Source: an uncultured bacterium (GTDB lineage Bacteria; Actinomycetota; Actinomycetes; S36-B12). Taken from it: 64,000 nt of DNA. The notes under the pieces are model-generated. The model had not been told where the DNA came from, searched no databases, and saw only the letters and a program-made list of their open reading frames with translations. Positions 19,795 to 28,934 of the stretch are shown piece after piece (position 1 is the first letter of the stretch; every line of letters begins with the position of its first letter). The position numbers were made by a program, and so were the translations under genes. The stretch is from contig CAVOWW010000020.1 in the NCBI GenBank assembly GCA_963700255.1, positions 3,917 to 67,916 of the forward strand, written 5' to 3'.

Positions 19795-19983
19795 TCAGGT
19801 CAGCTTGTCCTTGATGGCGTCGATCGCGCCCTTGGCCGTGTCGGCGACGTCGTCGACGGCCTTGTGCACTTCGGCCTTGGCCCGGTCTGCTTCGCCCTCG
19901 GCCTTCAGTTCGTCGTTGCCGGTGAGGTCGCCCACGGCCTCCTTGGCCCGGCCGGTCATGTCCTCGATGCGGGGATCGGTCAT
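19795..19983 (-). CDS. CsbD family protein
   Basis: 62 aa containing ...GRAKEAVGDLTGNDELKAEGEADRAKA... Confidence 0.88.
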   Translation of the reverse strand: MTDPRIEDMTGRAKEAVGDLTGNDELKAEGEADRAKAEVHKAVDDVADTAKGAIDAIKDKLT

Positions 19984-20025
19984 GGTTCTCGCCTTCCTTG
20001 TGTGTCGATGGTGCGTGGGTCCCGG

Positions 20026-20649
20026 CTACTGCTGGCCGACGTACCGCCACTCACCGAGGCCGGTGTCGTAGTAGATCTCCCTGGTGCATACCGGGCCGCC
20101 CTTGCCGTCGTTGATCCAGTATGCCCACGACTTGGACCAGCCGCCGAAGGGGAATCCCGGGTAGTGGCCCACGGAGGGGCGCACGTCTGCGCAGTCCCCG
20201 CTCGCGGGAACGCCGACCTGCTGGATGGCGTCGTGGAACTCGGGCGCGGGAGTGGTGACGGGGGCCGTGGTGACGACGATGTTGACGCCCAGGTCGCCGA
20301 AGGGAGTCTGGACGAGCATGGTCCCCGTTCCGGGCGTGCTCAAGAGCGTGTAGGTCGCTCGTCCACCATTCGCGATCGCCTTGGCTCCTGTGACCACATT
20401 GCCGGCCATCAGGACGGTGGCGGCTCCGCACTGGTTGTTGACGAACACGAACGTGTCCCCGGGGTTGCCCGTCACCGTGATCTCGGTCTGTCCCGTGATG
20501 CCGTCGATCCAGCACCGACCCGTACCGGATGCATCCCTGGATCCGAAGACCCTCGGAGTGTCGATGCCCGCCTGAGCGGCCGGCGCCACGACGGCCGACG
20601 CGGCGATAGTGGCGAGCACCGCTCCGGCGGCAACGATCCAGCGCTTCAT
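20026..20649 (-). CDS. Secreted hypothetical protein
   Basis: It has the signal peptide MKRWIVAAGAVLATIAASAVVAPAAQA, and GGGAG lies upstream of the ATG at 20649. I recognise no family. Confidence 0.6.
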   Translation of the reverse strand: MKRWIVAAGAVLATIAASAVVAPAAQAGIDTPRVFGSRDASGTGRCWIDGITGQTEITVTGNPGDTFVFVNNQCGAATVLMAGNVVTGAKAIANGGRATYTLLSTPGTGTMLVQTPFGDLGVNIVVTTAPVTTPAPEFHDAIQQVGVPASGDCADVRPSVGHYPGFPFGGWSKSWAYWINDGKGGPVCTREIYYDTGLGEWRYVGQQ

Positions 20650-20769
20650 CCGTGCTCCCTGGGCGAACGTCGTACGGTGGATATTCCGCCGGACACTAGC
20701 AGAGTCCTTCCCGCTCCGGATCATCCGGCGGCGAGAAGTAATGTGACTCGAACTGGCTACAGTGGCCCC

Positions 20770-21591
20770 GTGAGAAGCGAGGAGGCCCTGACGCACGCAA
20801 TGCTGCTGCTGGACCGCTTCAGCATCGACGTGACGCGGGTGGCGGCTACCGCCCTGGGGCAACCGCGGAATCAGGAGATCCAGTCGATGCTGGTCATCCA
20901 CTTCCGTCCCGGCATCACTCCCGGGGGCCTTTCTGCCGCGACCGGCTTGCGGCCGACCTCGGTGTCTCGCTCGCTGGCGCACCTGACCGACGACGGCCTC
21001 GTCACTCGGACTCCCGCACCCTTCGATGGCCGGTCCGCCAACCTTCGCCTCAGCCGCAAGGGCCACGCCCGCATCGCATGCTTCGAGAGGGAGCTTGGCG
21101 CCTATCTCGCCGACAGCAGGCCGGCCGTGCGCGAGGCGCTCGAACTGCTGAACGTGGACGTGACTGACGATGGCCCCTCGGTGAGTGCGCTGGACGCGAT
21201 GCTGGCACTCACGCGCGTGGGGGCGGCCTACGTGGAGCAGGCGTCTGCGGCGCTCACAGAGTTCGGCGCTGAGGACGAGTCAGCGCGCTACGCCCTCACG
21301 CTGATCCGCGCCCGGACGTCCATCCGACCGACCGACCTGGCCGGCTACCTGCTGCTCAGCACCAGCGGGGTCTCGGACCTGCTTGACCGGATGGAGGATG
21401 CCGCACTCATCCGTCGAGAGCACGCGGACAAGGCGGATCGCCGGGCGGTGCACGTCACTCTGACACCGAGAGGCGAGCGCGCGGCGAGAGTCAAGGTAGC
21501 GATCTTCGCGACGCACAGCACCGCCATCGTCCATGCCCTCTCACTGACCCTCCACACGACCACGACACGCACGGCCACCATCACCGCCTAA
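20770..21591 (+). CDS. Transcriptional regulator with two tandem MarR-type winged-helix domains
   Basis: Two MarR-like blocks are present. The first is ...GITPGGLSAATGLRPTSVSRSLAHLTDDGLVTRTPAPFDGRSANLRLSRKG. The second is ...IRPTDLAGYLLLSTSGVSDLLDRMEDAALIRREHADKADRRAVHVTLTPRG. The GTG start at 20770 was chosen within the long ORF 19774..21591. Confidence 0.7.
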   Translation: MRSEEALTHAMLLLDRFSIDVTRVAATALGQPRNQEIQSMLVIHFRPGITPGGLSAATGLRPTSVSRSLAHLTDDGLVTRTPAPFDGRSANLRLSRKGHARIACFERELGAYLADSRPAVREALELLNVDVTDDGPSVSALDAMLALTRVGAAYVEQASAALTEFGAEDESARYALTLIRARTSIRPTDLAGYLLLSTSGVSDLLDRMEDAALIRREHADKADRRAVHVTLTPRGERAARVKVAIFATHSTAIVHALSLTLHTTTTRTATITA

Positions 21592-21599
21592 GGAGAAGC

Positions 21600-22811
21600 A
21601 TGAAGCCCACCCGTTCTCGCCGTTCCGCAGTTGTCGGGGCAGTGTCGGTGACCATGGTGCTCGGCGCCGTCGCCGTGCCGGTCGCTACCGCGGCTCCGTC
21701 GATGCCGGTACCGTCAGCGGATCGCTGGCAGGGTCCGACAACGACGAGCACTCCGATGAGCGACGCGGACCAGGCCGCACTGCAGACGGTGGTCAACAAG
21801 GCCGTCGACATCTACGCCCCGAACATCCCGGGCATGTGGGTCGGCGTGTGGGATCCGACCAAGGGCTGGGCGGTCGTGTCCGCGGGCCAGGCGGTGGTGG
21901 GAGGGGCTGCCGCCACCACGGCGGATCATTCGCGCATCGGCTCGGCCACGAAGACGTTCGTGGCGACCGAGATCCTGAAGCTCGTCGACGCGAAGAAGCT
22001 CAAGCTCACCGACACCATCGGCGCCCTTCTCCCTGCCCTGGCCAAGAAGTACCCGTACGTGAAGGACGTGACGGTGCAGCAGATGCTCGGGATGCGGTCC
22101 GGGATGCCGGACTACAGCGAGATCCAGTCCGTCATCAGGTACTACTACAACCACCCGAACGTGGTTCCCACGGCAGCGAAGCTGATCAACACGGCACTGG
22201 CGAGCGCTAACAAGCTCGGCAAGCCGAAGTACGCCAACACCAACTACCTGCTGCTCGGCGAGATCGCCAGGAAGGTCACCGGCAAGCCGATCTGGACGCT
22301 CGTGAACCAGAACGTCCGCAAGCTGGGACTGACCGAGACGCGTCTGCCCTCGCCTGGACATCCGGCGATGCCCGCACCGGCTTCCAAGGGCTACAACTTC
22401 CTCTTCGGGCAGAGCAATCTCGCCCAGCAGGGGCTGAACGTCCCTCTCGGCTCGGAGCAGAAGGACGACGTCACGGCCTGGGGCCAGGCCGCCGGCGCCA
22501 TGTACTCCACCGTCGAGAACCTCGGCGCCTGGGCCGCAACGGGCCTGGGAACGAAGGAGCTGTCCCCGGCCCTGGCGGCCAAGCGACTCGACTTCCGGCC
22601 GATCAACGACGGGGGCATCGAGTACGGCCTGGGCATGGAGAACTACGGCGGCGGGTGGATCGGCCACGACGGCCAGGCCATCGGCTGGGAGACCCGCGTC
22701 GCCTACAACACGACCACTGGCGCCGTCGTGGTCATCATGGTCAACGACAGCGGCTCCCTGGGCCCGGCCATCGGCACCCTGCGTGACTACCTTCCCGGCG
22801 TCGAACGCTGA
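21600..22811 (+). CDS. Secreted serine hydrolase (beta-lactamase / DD-peptidase fold)
   Basis: It has a signal peptide, the SxxK motif SATKTF, and a YxN-like motif YANTNY. Confidence 0.85.
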   Translation: MKPTRSRRSAVVGAVSVTMVLGAVAVPVATAAPSMPVPSADRWQGPTTTSTPMSDADQAALQTVVNKAVDIYAPNIPGMWVGVWDPTKGWAVVSAGQAVVGGAAATTADHSRIGSATKTFVATEILKLVDAKKLKLTDTIGALLPALAKKYPYVKDVTVQQMLGMRSGMPDYSEIQSVIRYYYNHPNVVPTAAKLINTALASANKLGKPKYANTNYLLLGEIARKVTGKPIWTLVNQNVRKLGLTETRLPSPGHPAMPAPASKGYNFLFGQSNLAQQGLNVPLGSEQKDDVTAWGQAAGAMYSTVENLGAWAATGLGTKELSPALAAKRLDFRPINDGGIEYGLGMENYGGGWIGHDGQAIGWETRVAYNTTTGAVVVIMVNDSGSLGPAIGTLRDYLPGVER

Positions 22812-23273
22812 TGACGCGACGCCCGACCGTTGGGCTGGCCGCGATGCTCGGGGCTGCCAGGCCTTGTCCTCGCGGCCTGCTCCTCCGGCCCCGCCGACCT
22901 CGCTGACGGCACCTACCGGGCCTTGGCGGCATCCGGGGAGCTGGTCATGACACCGGATGCGACCGTGACGGTCGATGGAGGCCAGTTCACCTTCACGCCG
23001 GCCGGCGGGCCCGACATCATCGCCAGCGCGTCACCGGGCACGGAGTCGTTCGTCGTATGCCCGCCCGACGCGAAGGGCACGCCAGACCTGCTCGGGGCGA
23101 GCCTGACGCTCGGCCAGGCGACTCTCCAGCAGCCGGCCGTCTTCGGCGACTGCGGGCAGACGCAACCCGAGCGGATCACGGTCGTCGACCTGGCGTCCGT
23201 CAACGCCGACGCCGGTCCATTGCCGTTCACGCGATGGATCGAGTTCTGCAACACGACCGATCCCGACTGCTGA
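22811..23273 (+). pseudogene. Lipoprotein, apparent frame break near 22856-22862
   Basis: The ATG at 22811 overlaps the hydrolase stop (TGATG) and gives MTRRPTVGLAAMLGAA. The lipobox continuation GLVLAACSSGP lies in the next frame (ORF 22830..23273). The span is 463 nt (1 mod 3). Confidence 0.6.
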
Positions 23274-23296
23274 CGTGAGCGGTTCGCGCCGCTGGC

Positions 23297-23491
23297 GTGC
23301 CGCGGCGATCGCAGTGGTCATCGCACTGCGTGATCGTGCTCGTCGCCATCTGGCAGCGCAGCAGCGACGCGGCCTGGCTCATCGTCTTCATCGTCGTGTG
23401 CCTGGGTGCCCTCGGGATGTTCGCCCTCCAGAACGCCTCAGGGCGACCACCAAACGAAGATGCCGACGGCGAACCCGGGACGGACCCGTGA
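23297..23491 (+). CDS. Small membrane protein (start uncertain: 23275, 23297 or 23330)
   Basis: It contains the hydrophobic segments VIVLVAIW and AAWLIVFIVVCLGALGMFAL followed by an acidic tail. Its stop overlaps the next start as GTGA. Confidence 0.4.
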   Translation: MPRRSQWSSHCVIVLVAIWQRSSDAAWLIVFIVVCLGALGMFALQNASGRPPNEDADGEPGTDP

Positions 23492-24249
23492 ATGCCACGC
23501 CCAGACGCCGCCTGAACTGGGCCGGTCTCATCGCCACGCTGCTGGTCTGCCTGGTTGCGCCGGCCATCGTGGAGCTGCTCTGGTTCACGGGAGTGCCGGA
23601 AGGTCTCTACCCCGACAGCCGGTCGATCGCCGCCCTCGTCCTCGGCACGGGGGCCGAAGTGGCGCTGGCCCTCGTGGTCATCACCTGGCTTCGCTGGTGG
23701 CCCCCCGTCCTCCACGAGCGCCTTCGCGTTCGCCCCTGGCTGTGGGCCCTGCCCGTCGTCATGCTCGCCGCGCCGATCGTCCTCACGGACTACGCCCAGC
23801 TCGGGAGGTCGGGGTGGGGACTGATCCTCGGTCTCGCGCTCGGCTGCCTGCTCATCGGCGCGGGAGAGGAGCTGCTCTTCCGCGGGGTCACCCTCACCTT
23901 CACGCGCGCCCGCTATCGCGAGTGGATCGCCGCGCTGGTGACCACGGCGCTGTTCGCCGTCTTCCACCTGCCCGGCGGCGTCCTCGTCGCCGTCGGCGCC
24001 GGCCTGACCGGCGCGCTGCTGTACGTCGTCCGGCGGGTGTCCAGGGGCATCATCCTGCCGATAGCGGCCCACGCCGTCTGGGACTTCGCCGTCTACAGCG
24101 GCTACCTCGGGCCCGACCCGGCATCGTCGTCCACAGCCAGCCAGGTGCTCTTCCTGCTCTCACTGGGCTTGGTCATCGTGATCGCCGTGACCCAACGCTG
24201 GTGGCGCATCACTCCGACCGGTGCGGAGCCAGCGTCCGCCGAACGATGA
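23488..24249 (+). CDS. CPBP family intramembrane glutamic endopeptidase (CAAX protease / Abi family)
   Basis: It carries the motifs EELLFRG, FAVFH and HAVWD in a multi-TM protein. The GTG start at 23488 was chosen over the R-rich 5' extension of ORF 23275..24249. Confidence 0.85.
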   Translation: MNATPRRRLNWAGLIATLLVCLVAPAIVELLWFTGVPEGLYPDSRSIAALVLGTGAEVALALVVITWLRWWPPVLHERLRVRPWLWALPVVMLAAPIVLTDYAQLGRSGWGLILGLALGCLLIGAGEELLFRGVTLTFTRARYREWIAALVTTALFAVFHLPGGVLVAVGAGLTGALLYVVRRVSRGIILPIAAHAVWDFAVYSGYLGPDPASSSTASQVLFLLSLGLVIVIAVTQRWWRITPTGAEPASAER

Positions 24250-24457
24250 CCCGGATCCCCAGGGCTTCCCCACGAGGGCAGGCCGTGTGCACGATTTCGC
24301 GGAAGCGTGTGCACACCTGAACCAAGACACACCTTCAGGGCCGGGTCCGCGAGGGCCACGGGGTTTCGAGCTTTCGGCGGTTGCCTGCTCGATCCGGTCT
24401 CCTCGCGGCGCATCAACGCGGGAGGATGGAGCGCGCGTCCACAACGGGGAGGTAGGC

Positions 24458-26147
24458 ATGGCGCCGACGTGCTGGCCGGAGCATCCGGACTTCGTCAACG
24501 ACGCGGAGCAGGATGGCGTGGCGAGCGCTCAAGCGGCAGCTGCGCGACGGAGACGTGCTGATGCACGGGCTGCGGTTCACCGACCCGGTCGACGGCGAGG
24601 TCGAGATCGACCTGCTCGTCCTCATGCCCGACCTCGGAGCAGCCGTGATCGAGGTCAAGGGCGGACAGATCACCTACTCAGACGGCCAGGTGTGGCAGGT
24701 ACGAGGCGACGGCCGGCACCCCATCGACCCGGCGGAGCAGGCCGCGAAGGAGGTCCGAGCCCTGCAGCGATTCCTCGAGCGGCAGCCGGACTGGTCCCGT
24801 GGCTACCTGCGCGCGGCCTGGCTGGTCGCCTTCCCGCACACCCGCGTCACCGGAGACCTCGGCCCTCGGCTTGCGACGCGACATCGTCATCGGCGCGGAC
24901 GACCTCGACGACGCGGCGGGCAAGGTCTTCGACCGCCTGCAGGACCCTTCCCTGGAGCGGTGGACGCCCCGGGACGGCTGGGTCCAGACCGCATGGGCCA
25001 CCTGCTCGGCACCTACGACGCGACCGTCGAGATCCAGGGCCGCACCGCCGAACGGCTCAAGCACGCCGACCAGCTCACCGCCGAGCAGGCCGCGCTCCTG
25101 GCCGTCATCCGCAACGTGCCGCGGTTCGAGGTCACCGGGCCCGCTGGATCCGGCAAGACCTGGATGGCGACCGAGCAGGCCCGACGCTGGACAGCGGCCG
25201 GTGAGCGGGTGGCCTACCTGAGCTACACCCGCGGCGTCATCGAGTCCATCCGCCGCTCGACGGCGCTCCTTCCGGCGAGCGAGCAGCCGGCGTGGGTCGG
25301 CACCTACTTCCTCATGGCAGCGTCATGGGGCATCCGGCCTGCCGACGATGACGACCAGGACTTCTGGACGCGCCGCGGCCCCGAGGAGATGCTCGCCCAC
25401 GCCCAGCGCATGGACGACGCCGACCGGTTCACGGCACTGATCGTCGACGAGGCGCAGGACTTCGCCGACTCCTGGTGGCCTGCCCTGCTCGCCGCATGCA
25501 CCCCGGACGCGAAGGTGGCCGTGTTCCGCGACGATCAGCAGGCGGTGTTCTCGCAGAGGCGTGGCCGTCCCGACATCGACCTCGTGCCCCTCGTGCTCGG
25601 CGAGAACCTCCGCAACGCCAGTGAGATCGTCGAGACCTTCCGCCACCTCATCGACGGTGAGGTCACCAGCCGGTCCGGCAGCGGCTTCCCCATCGAGTAC
25701 GTGCGCTGCACCCCCGGCACGGTCGAGGAGGTGACCGACGACGTCGTGGGTGAGCTGGTCGACCACCGAGGCTGGCTGCCCGAGCACGTCGTCGTCCTCA
25801 CCACCCGACACCGGCACCCCGTGCACAGGGAGTACCTGGACAAGGAGTCCTACTGGAACGACCTGTGGGACTGCGACGACGTGTTCTACTCCACGGTTGC
25901 CGGCTTCAAGGGCCTCGAACGGCCCGCCGTCGTGCTCATGGTCGATGGCTTCCATGACGATCTCGACCCCCGCAGCGTCCTCTACACCGGCATGAGCCGC
26001 GCCCGGGACCTGCTCATCGTCGTCGCGCCCGAGGACGCCCTCGAGGAGGCCGGCGGGAGGAAGTTCCACCGGCGCCTGCTTCACCACGAGCGAGTGCTGG
26101 CACCTTGGAGTGGAGGGACCGCGGGCGCAGACCAGCCGAACGGATAG
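24458..26147 (+). pseudogene. NERD nuclease domain fused to SF1 (UvrD-like) helicase, three apparent frame breaks
   Basis: The NERD/PD-(D/E)xK-like block is EIDLLVLMPDLGAAVIEVKGG. Walker A is GPAGSGKT, Walker B is IVDEAQDF, and the C-terminus carries LYTGMSRARDLL. The ATG at 24458 has GGAGG 5 nt upstream and gives MAPTCWPEHPDFVNDAEQ. The frame then shifts at about 24512, 24865 and 24999. The middle segment reads well only in the third frame (GLRRDIVIGADDLDDAAGKVFDRLQDPSLERW...). Confidence 0.75.
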
Positions 26148-27895
26148 AGGTCGCCGCCGCGGGCACCCTGACGCGGGATCGCCACGGGCAGCCGTCCGGT
26201 CGGCTCGACCTGGCCGGTCAGCACGCGGGTCAGCGACTCCAGTGCGACCGGGCGCGTCGAGTAGGTCGCGAGATACGTGCCCACCCTCGGGAACCAGCCG
26301 ATGTCGTAGGGCGTGCCGGCGGCCGCGACGACCAGGGGCACACGGGTGCGCCTGAGCCCCTCGACGAGCGCCACCTGCTGCGGGTTCGCGCCGACGTTGT
26401 ACGTGACCGTGACGACGAGGTCCTGGCCCCTGCTCCCGGCCACGGCCGCTGCCACTAGGGCGGCGGTGGGCTGCGACCCCGTCTCGACGATGGTGACGAC
26501 GGCCCCCCGCTGGCGCAGGCTCGTCGCGAGGGCATCGGTCGTCACGGCCCCCCGGCCGGTGACGAGCACGCGCTTGCCCACCCACTGCCGGAGCGGCAGC
26601 AGGTCCGCTGCGTCGCGCACCAGCGTCGTCGTGCGGTCGGTGATCTGCTGGGCCACGGTCTCGTGGGCGGGCGCACCCACGACCGCGTCGACGAGACTCG
26701 GGTCAACCGTCACCGCACCCAGGGACGTGAACCCCCGCGCCTGCTTGAGCTCCAGTACGCGTCGCACGGATGCCTCGATCCGGTCCTCGCTGAGGCGGCC
26801 GCGGGCGACGGCGCCGATCACCGCCTTGAAGGCAACCGGCAGGTCCGGCGGATCGAGGAGCTGGTCGGCCCCTGCCTCGAGGGCGCGCACGGCGACCTCC
26901 CCGTCGGAGAACATCGTGCGCACTCCCTGCATGCGGAGCGAGTCCGTGACGATCACCCCGTCGAAACCGAGCTCATTGCGCAGCAGCCCCGTGAGCACCG
27001 GCTTCGACAGCGTCGACGGCAGGCCCGACGGATCAATCGACGGCACGACGATGTGGGCCGTCATGATCGCGTCCACGTCCGCATCGATCGCCGCCTCGAA
27101 GGGCGCCAGGTCGATCCGCGCCACCTGGCTGGCGGAGTGCGTGATGATAGGGAGCGCCGTGTGGCTGTCCGTGCCCGTGTCGCCGTGGCCGGGGAAGTGC
27201 TTCGCGGTCGCCGCCACTCCCGCGGCCTGATAGCCGTCGACCTGAGCGCGTACGAGGCGCGACACCAGACCCGCGCTCGACGAGAACGACCGGACCCCGA
27301 TGACGGGATTCGCGGGATTGACGTTGACGTCGGCGTCCGGCGCGTAGTCCTGCAGGATGCCCATCGCCCGCAGCTCGATGCCGGTGATGCGAGCCGCCGA
27401 CCACGCATCCTCGACGGAGCGGGAGGCCCCGAGCGCCATGCTTCCGGGCAGCATCGTCGCCGGCGGTCCCACTCGGACGACCAGCCCCTGCTCCTGGTCG
27501 AGGGTCGTGAGCACCGGCACGGGCACCGCCTGCGCGGCCGCCACCGCCTGCACCCGGTTGCCGAACTCGGCGAGCGCGCGCGGCGTCGTGATGTTGGGAC
27601 CGAAGTAGATGAGCCCGCCGATCGCGTAGCGGGCGACGAGCTCCGCCGCGTTGTCGACGCCGAACTCCGCTCGGTTCTGCGCCACTGTCGCGGGATCCGT
27701 CGTGTCCGCGGTGGTGCCGTAGATCCGCGGGACGAACAGCTGCCCGACCTTCTGCTCGAGCGTCATGGATGCGATGGTCGAGTCGACCCAGTCAGCTGCC
27801 ACTGCGAGATCGATCGCCGGCGCCGGGGACACGGCCAGCGACAACGACCCGGTCATCAGCAGCGCCGACAGCGCGATCACGCGGATGCGTCGCAT
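26081..27895 (-). CDS. Glycoside hydrolase family 3 (beta-N-acetylhexosaminidase/NagZ-like with C-terminal domain), secreted
   Basis: 604 aa with a signal peptide and the GH3 motifs KHFPGHGDT and GVIVTDSLRM. Confidence 0.88.
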   Translation of the reverse strand: MRRIRVIALSALLMTGSLSLAVSPAPAIDLAVAADWVDSTIASMTLEQKVGQLFVPRIYGTTADTTDPATVAQNRAEFGVDNAAELVARYAIGGLIYFGPNITTPRALAEFGNRVQAVAAAQAVPVPVLTTLDQEQGLVVRVGPPATMLPGSMALGASRSVEDAWSAARITGIELRAMGILQDYAPDADVNVNPANPVIGVRSFSSSAGLVSRLVRAQVDGYQAAGVAATAKHFPGHGDTGTDSHTALPIITHSASQVARIDLAPFEAAIDADVDAIMTAHIVVPSIDPSGLPSTLSKPVLTGLLRNELGFDGVIVTDSLRMQGVRTMFSDGEVAVRALEAGADQLLDPPDLPVAFKAVIGAVARGRLSEDRIEASVRRVLELKQARGFTSLGAVTVDPSLVDAVVGAPAHETVAQQITDRTTTLVRDAADLLPLRQWVGKRVLVTGRGAVTTDALATSLRQRGAVVTIVETGSQPTAALVAAAVAGSRGQDLVVTVTYNVGANPQQVALVEGLRRTRVPLVVAAAGTPYDIGWFPRVGTYLATYSTRPVALESLTRVLTGQVEPTGRLPVAIPRQGARGGDLYPFGWSAPAVPPLQGASTRSW

Positions 27896-27954
27896 GACTC
27901 GACGGTAGCCATCCGACGGACCTGGTGTCCTCCGCAGGTGGCTACTGTCGGCCC

Positions 27955-28263
27955 ATGCCCGTCGTGAAGATCAATGCCATCTCCGTGCCGCCGCAGGCGG
28001 GGCCCGAGCTCGAGCGTCGGTTCGCCGACCGTGCCCACACGGTCGAGGCCTCGCCCGGCTTCCTCGGCTTCCAGCTGCTGCGCCCTGTCCAGGGCGACGA
28101 CCGCTACTTCGTCGTCACCGAGTGGGCCGACGAGGAGTCGTTCGCGGCCTGGCGCGACGGGGACGCGCGATCCGCCCATGCCGGCCAGCACGGCCCGGCG
28201 GTGTCGTCCGGTGCCAGCCTCCTCGAGTTCGAGGTCGTGCTGGACGTCCGGCCCCGCGCCTGA
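27955..28263 (+). CDS. Antibiotic biosynthesis monooxygenase (ABM) family, MhuD/IsdG-like
   Basis: About 102 aa starting MPVVKINAISVPP, with ...GFLGFQLLRP...YFVVTEWADEESFAAW. Confidence 0.8.
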   Translation: MPVVKINAISVPPQAGPELERRFADRAHTVEASPGFLGFQLLRPVQGDDRYFVVTEWADEESFAAWRDGDARSAHAGQHGPAVSSGASLLEFEVVLDVRPRA

Positions 28264-28322
28264 AGCACCGAGGACCCGCCCGCAGCCATGTAAGAAGGTC
28301 GCGGCCCATGTAAGGTCCGTCC

Positions 28323-28934
28323 ATGTCGAAAGTGGACCGGCCAGGGATCACGTCGCGCATCCGCCCGGCGAAGGGCAGCAAGCACGTCTGGCGCATCGAC
28401 GATGCACGGACCTTCACTCTGCCGGTGGTCGTCGACCACCTGTCTGTCGATCCCAGCAGCGACGAGCTGGAATGGCACATCGAGGCGACCGTCGACCTCA
28501 TCGACGACGAACTGGTCGTGACCGAGCTGCGGGTCGTGGCACCGCGCGGACTCGATCTCACCCGGATGCAGCGCGAGTTCCTGTGGGCCACCCCGGTGAA
28601 CATCATCGGCAGGGGGGTCCCCCATCTCCTCGAGAAGGGCCTCGATCCGTTCGACTACGACCTCCCCGTCGCTGGCTTCCCCCAGGCAGCCGACCTCGGC
28701 CAGCCGGTCAACGAGCGACTGACCGAGGAGTTCCTCGAGGACATCGCCCGCGAGTACCTGGCCCACGGTCGCGGGTACGCCAAGGCGATGGCGGCCGAGC
28801 GGCACGTCTCACCGCGGACCGTGGTCAGCTGGGTGGAGAAGGCCCGGCGCCGAGGCATCCTGACACTCGTGCCGAAGGGTGCCTACGGCGGCGAGATCAT
28901 CCCTCAGGGCAAGCGCCCCACGGACTCCCGCTAG
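28323..28934 (+). CDS. Hypothetical protein with C-terminal helix-turn-helix-like segment
   Basis: 203 aa. The C-terminal HVSPRTVVSWVEKARRRGIL resembles an HTH. I recognise no family. Confidence 0.55.
   Translation: MSKVDRPGITSRIRPAKGSKHVWRIDDARTFTLPVVVDHLSVDPSSDELEWHIEATVDLIDDELVVTELRVVAPRGLDLTRMQREFLWATPVNIIGRGVPHLLEKGLDPFDYDLPVAGFPQAADLGQPVNERLTEEFLEDIAREYLAHGRGYAKAMAAERHVSPRTVVSWVEKARRRGILTLVPKGAYGGEIIPQGKRPTDSR

Noticed and set aside
26081-26147. 67-nt overlap of the convergent NERD-helicase and GH3 gene ends as a functional antisense element
   Set aside because: Both overlapping tails are non-conserved-looking C-terminal extensions. Given the indels elsewhere in the helicase gene, the overlap may be an artefact of a shifted stop.
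18273-26147. Integrative element (prophage or ICE) at tRNA-Ser
   Set aside because: No integrase, recombinase, transposase, phage structural gene or tRNA-derived direct repeat was found. It is kept only as a weak accessory-block hypothesis.
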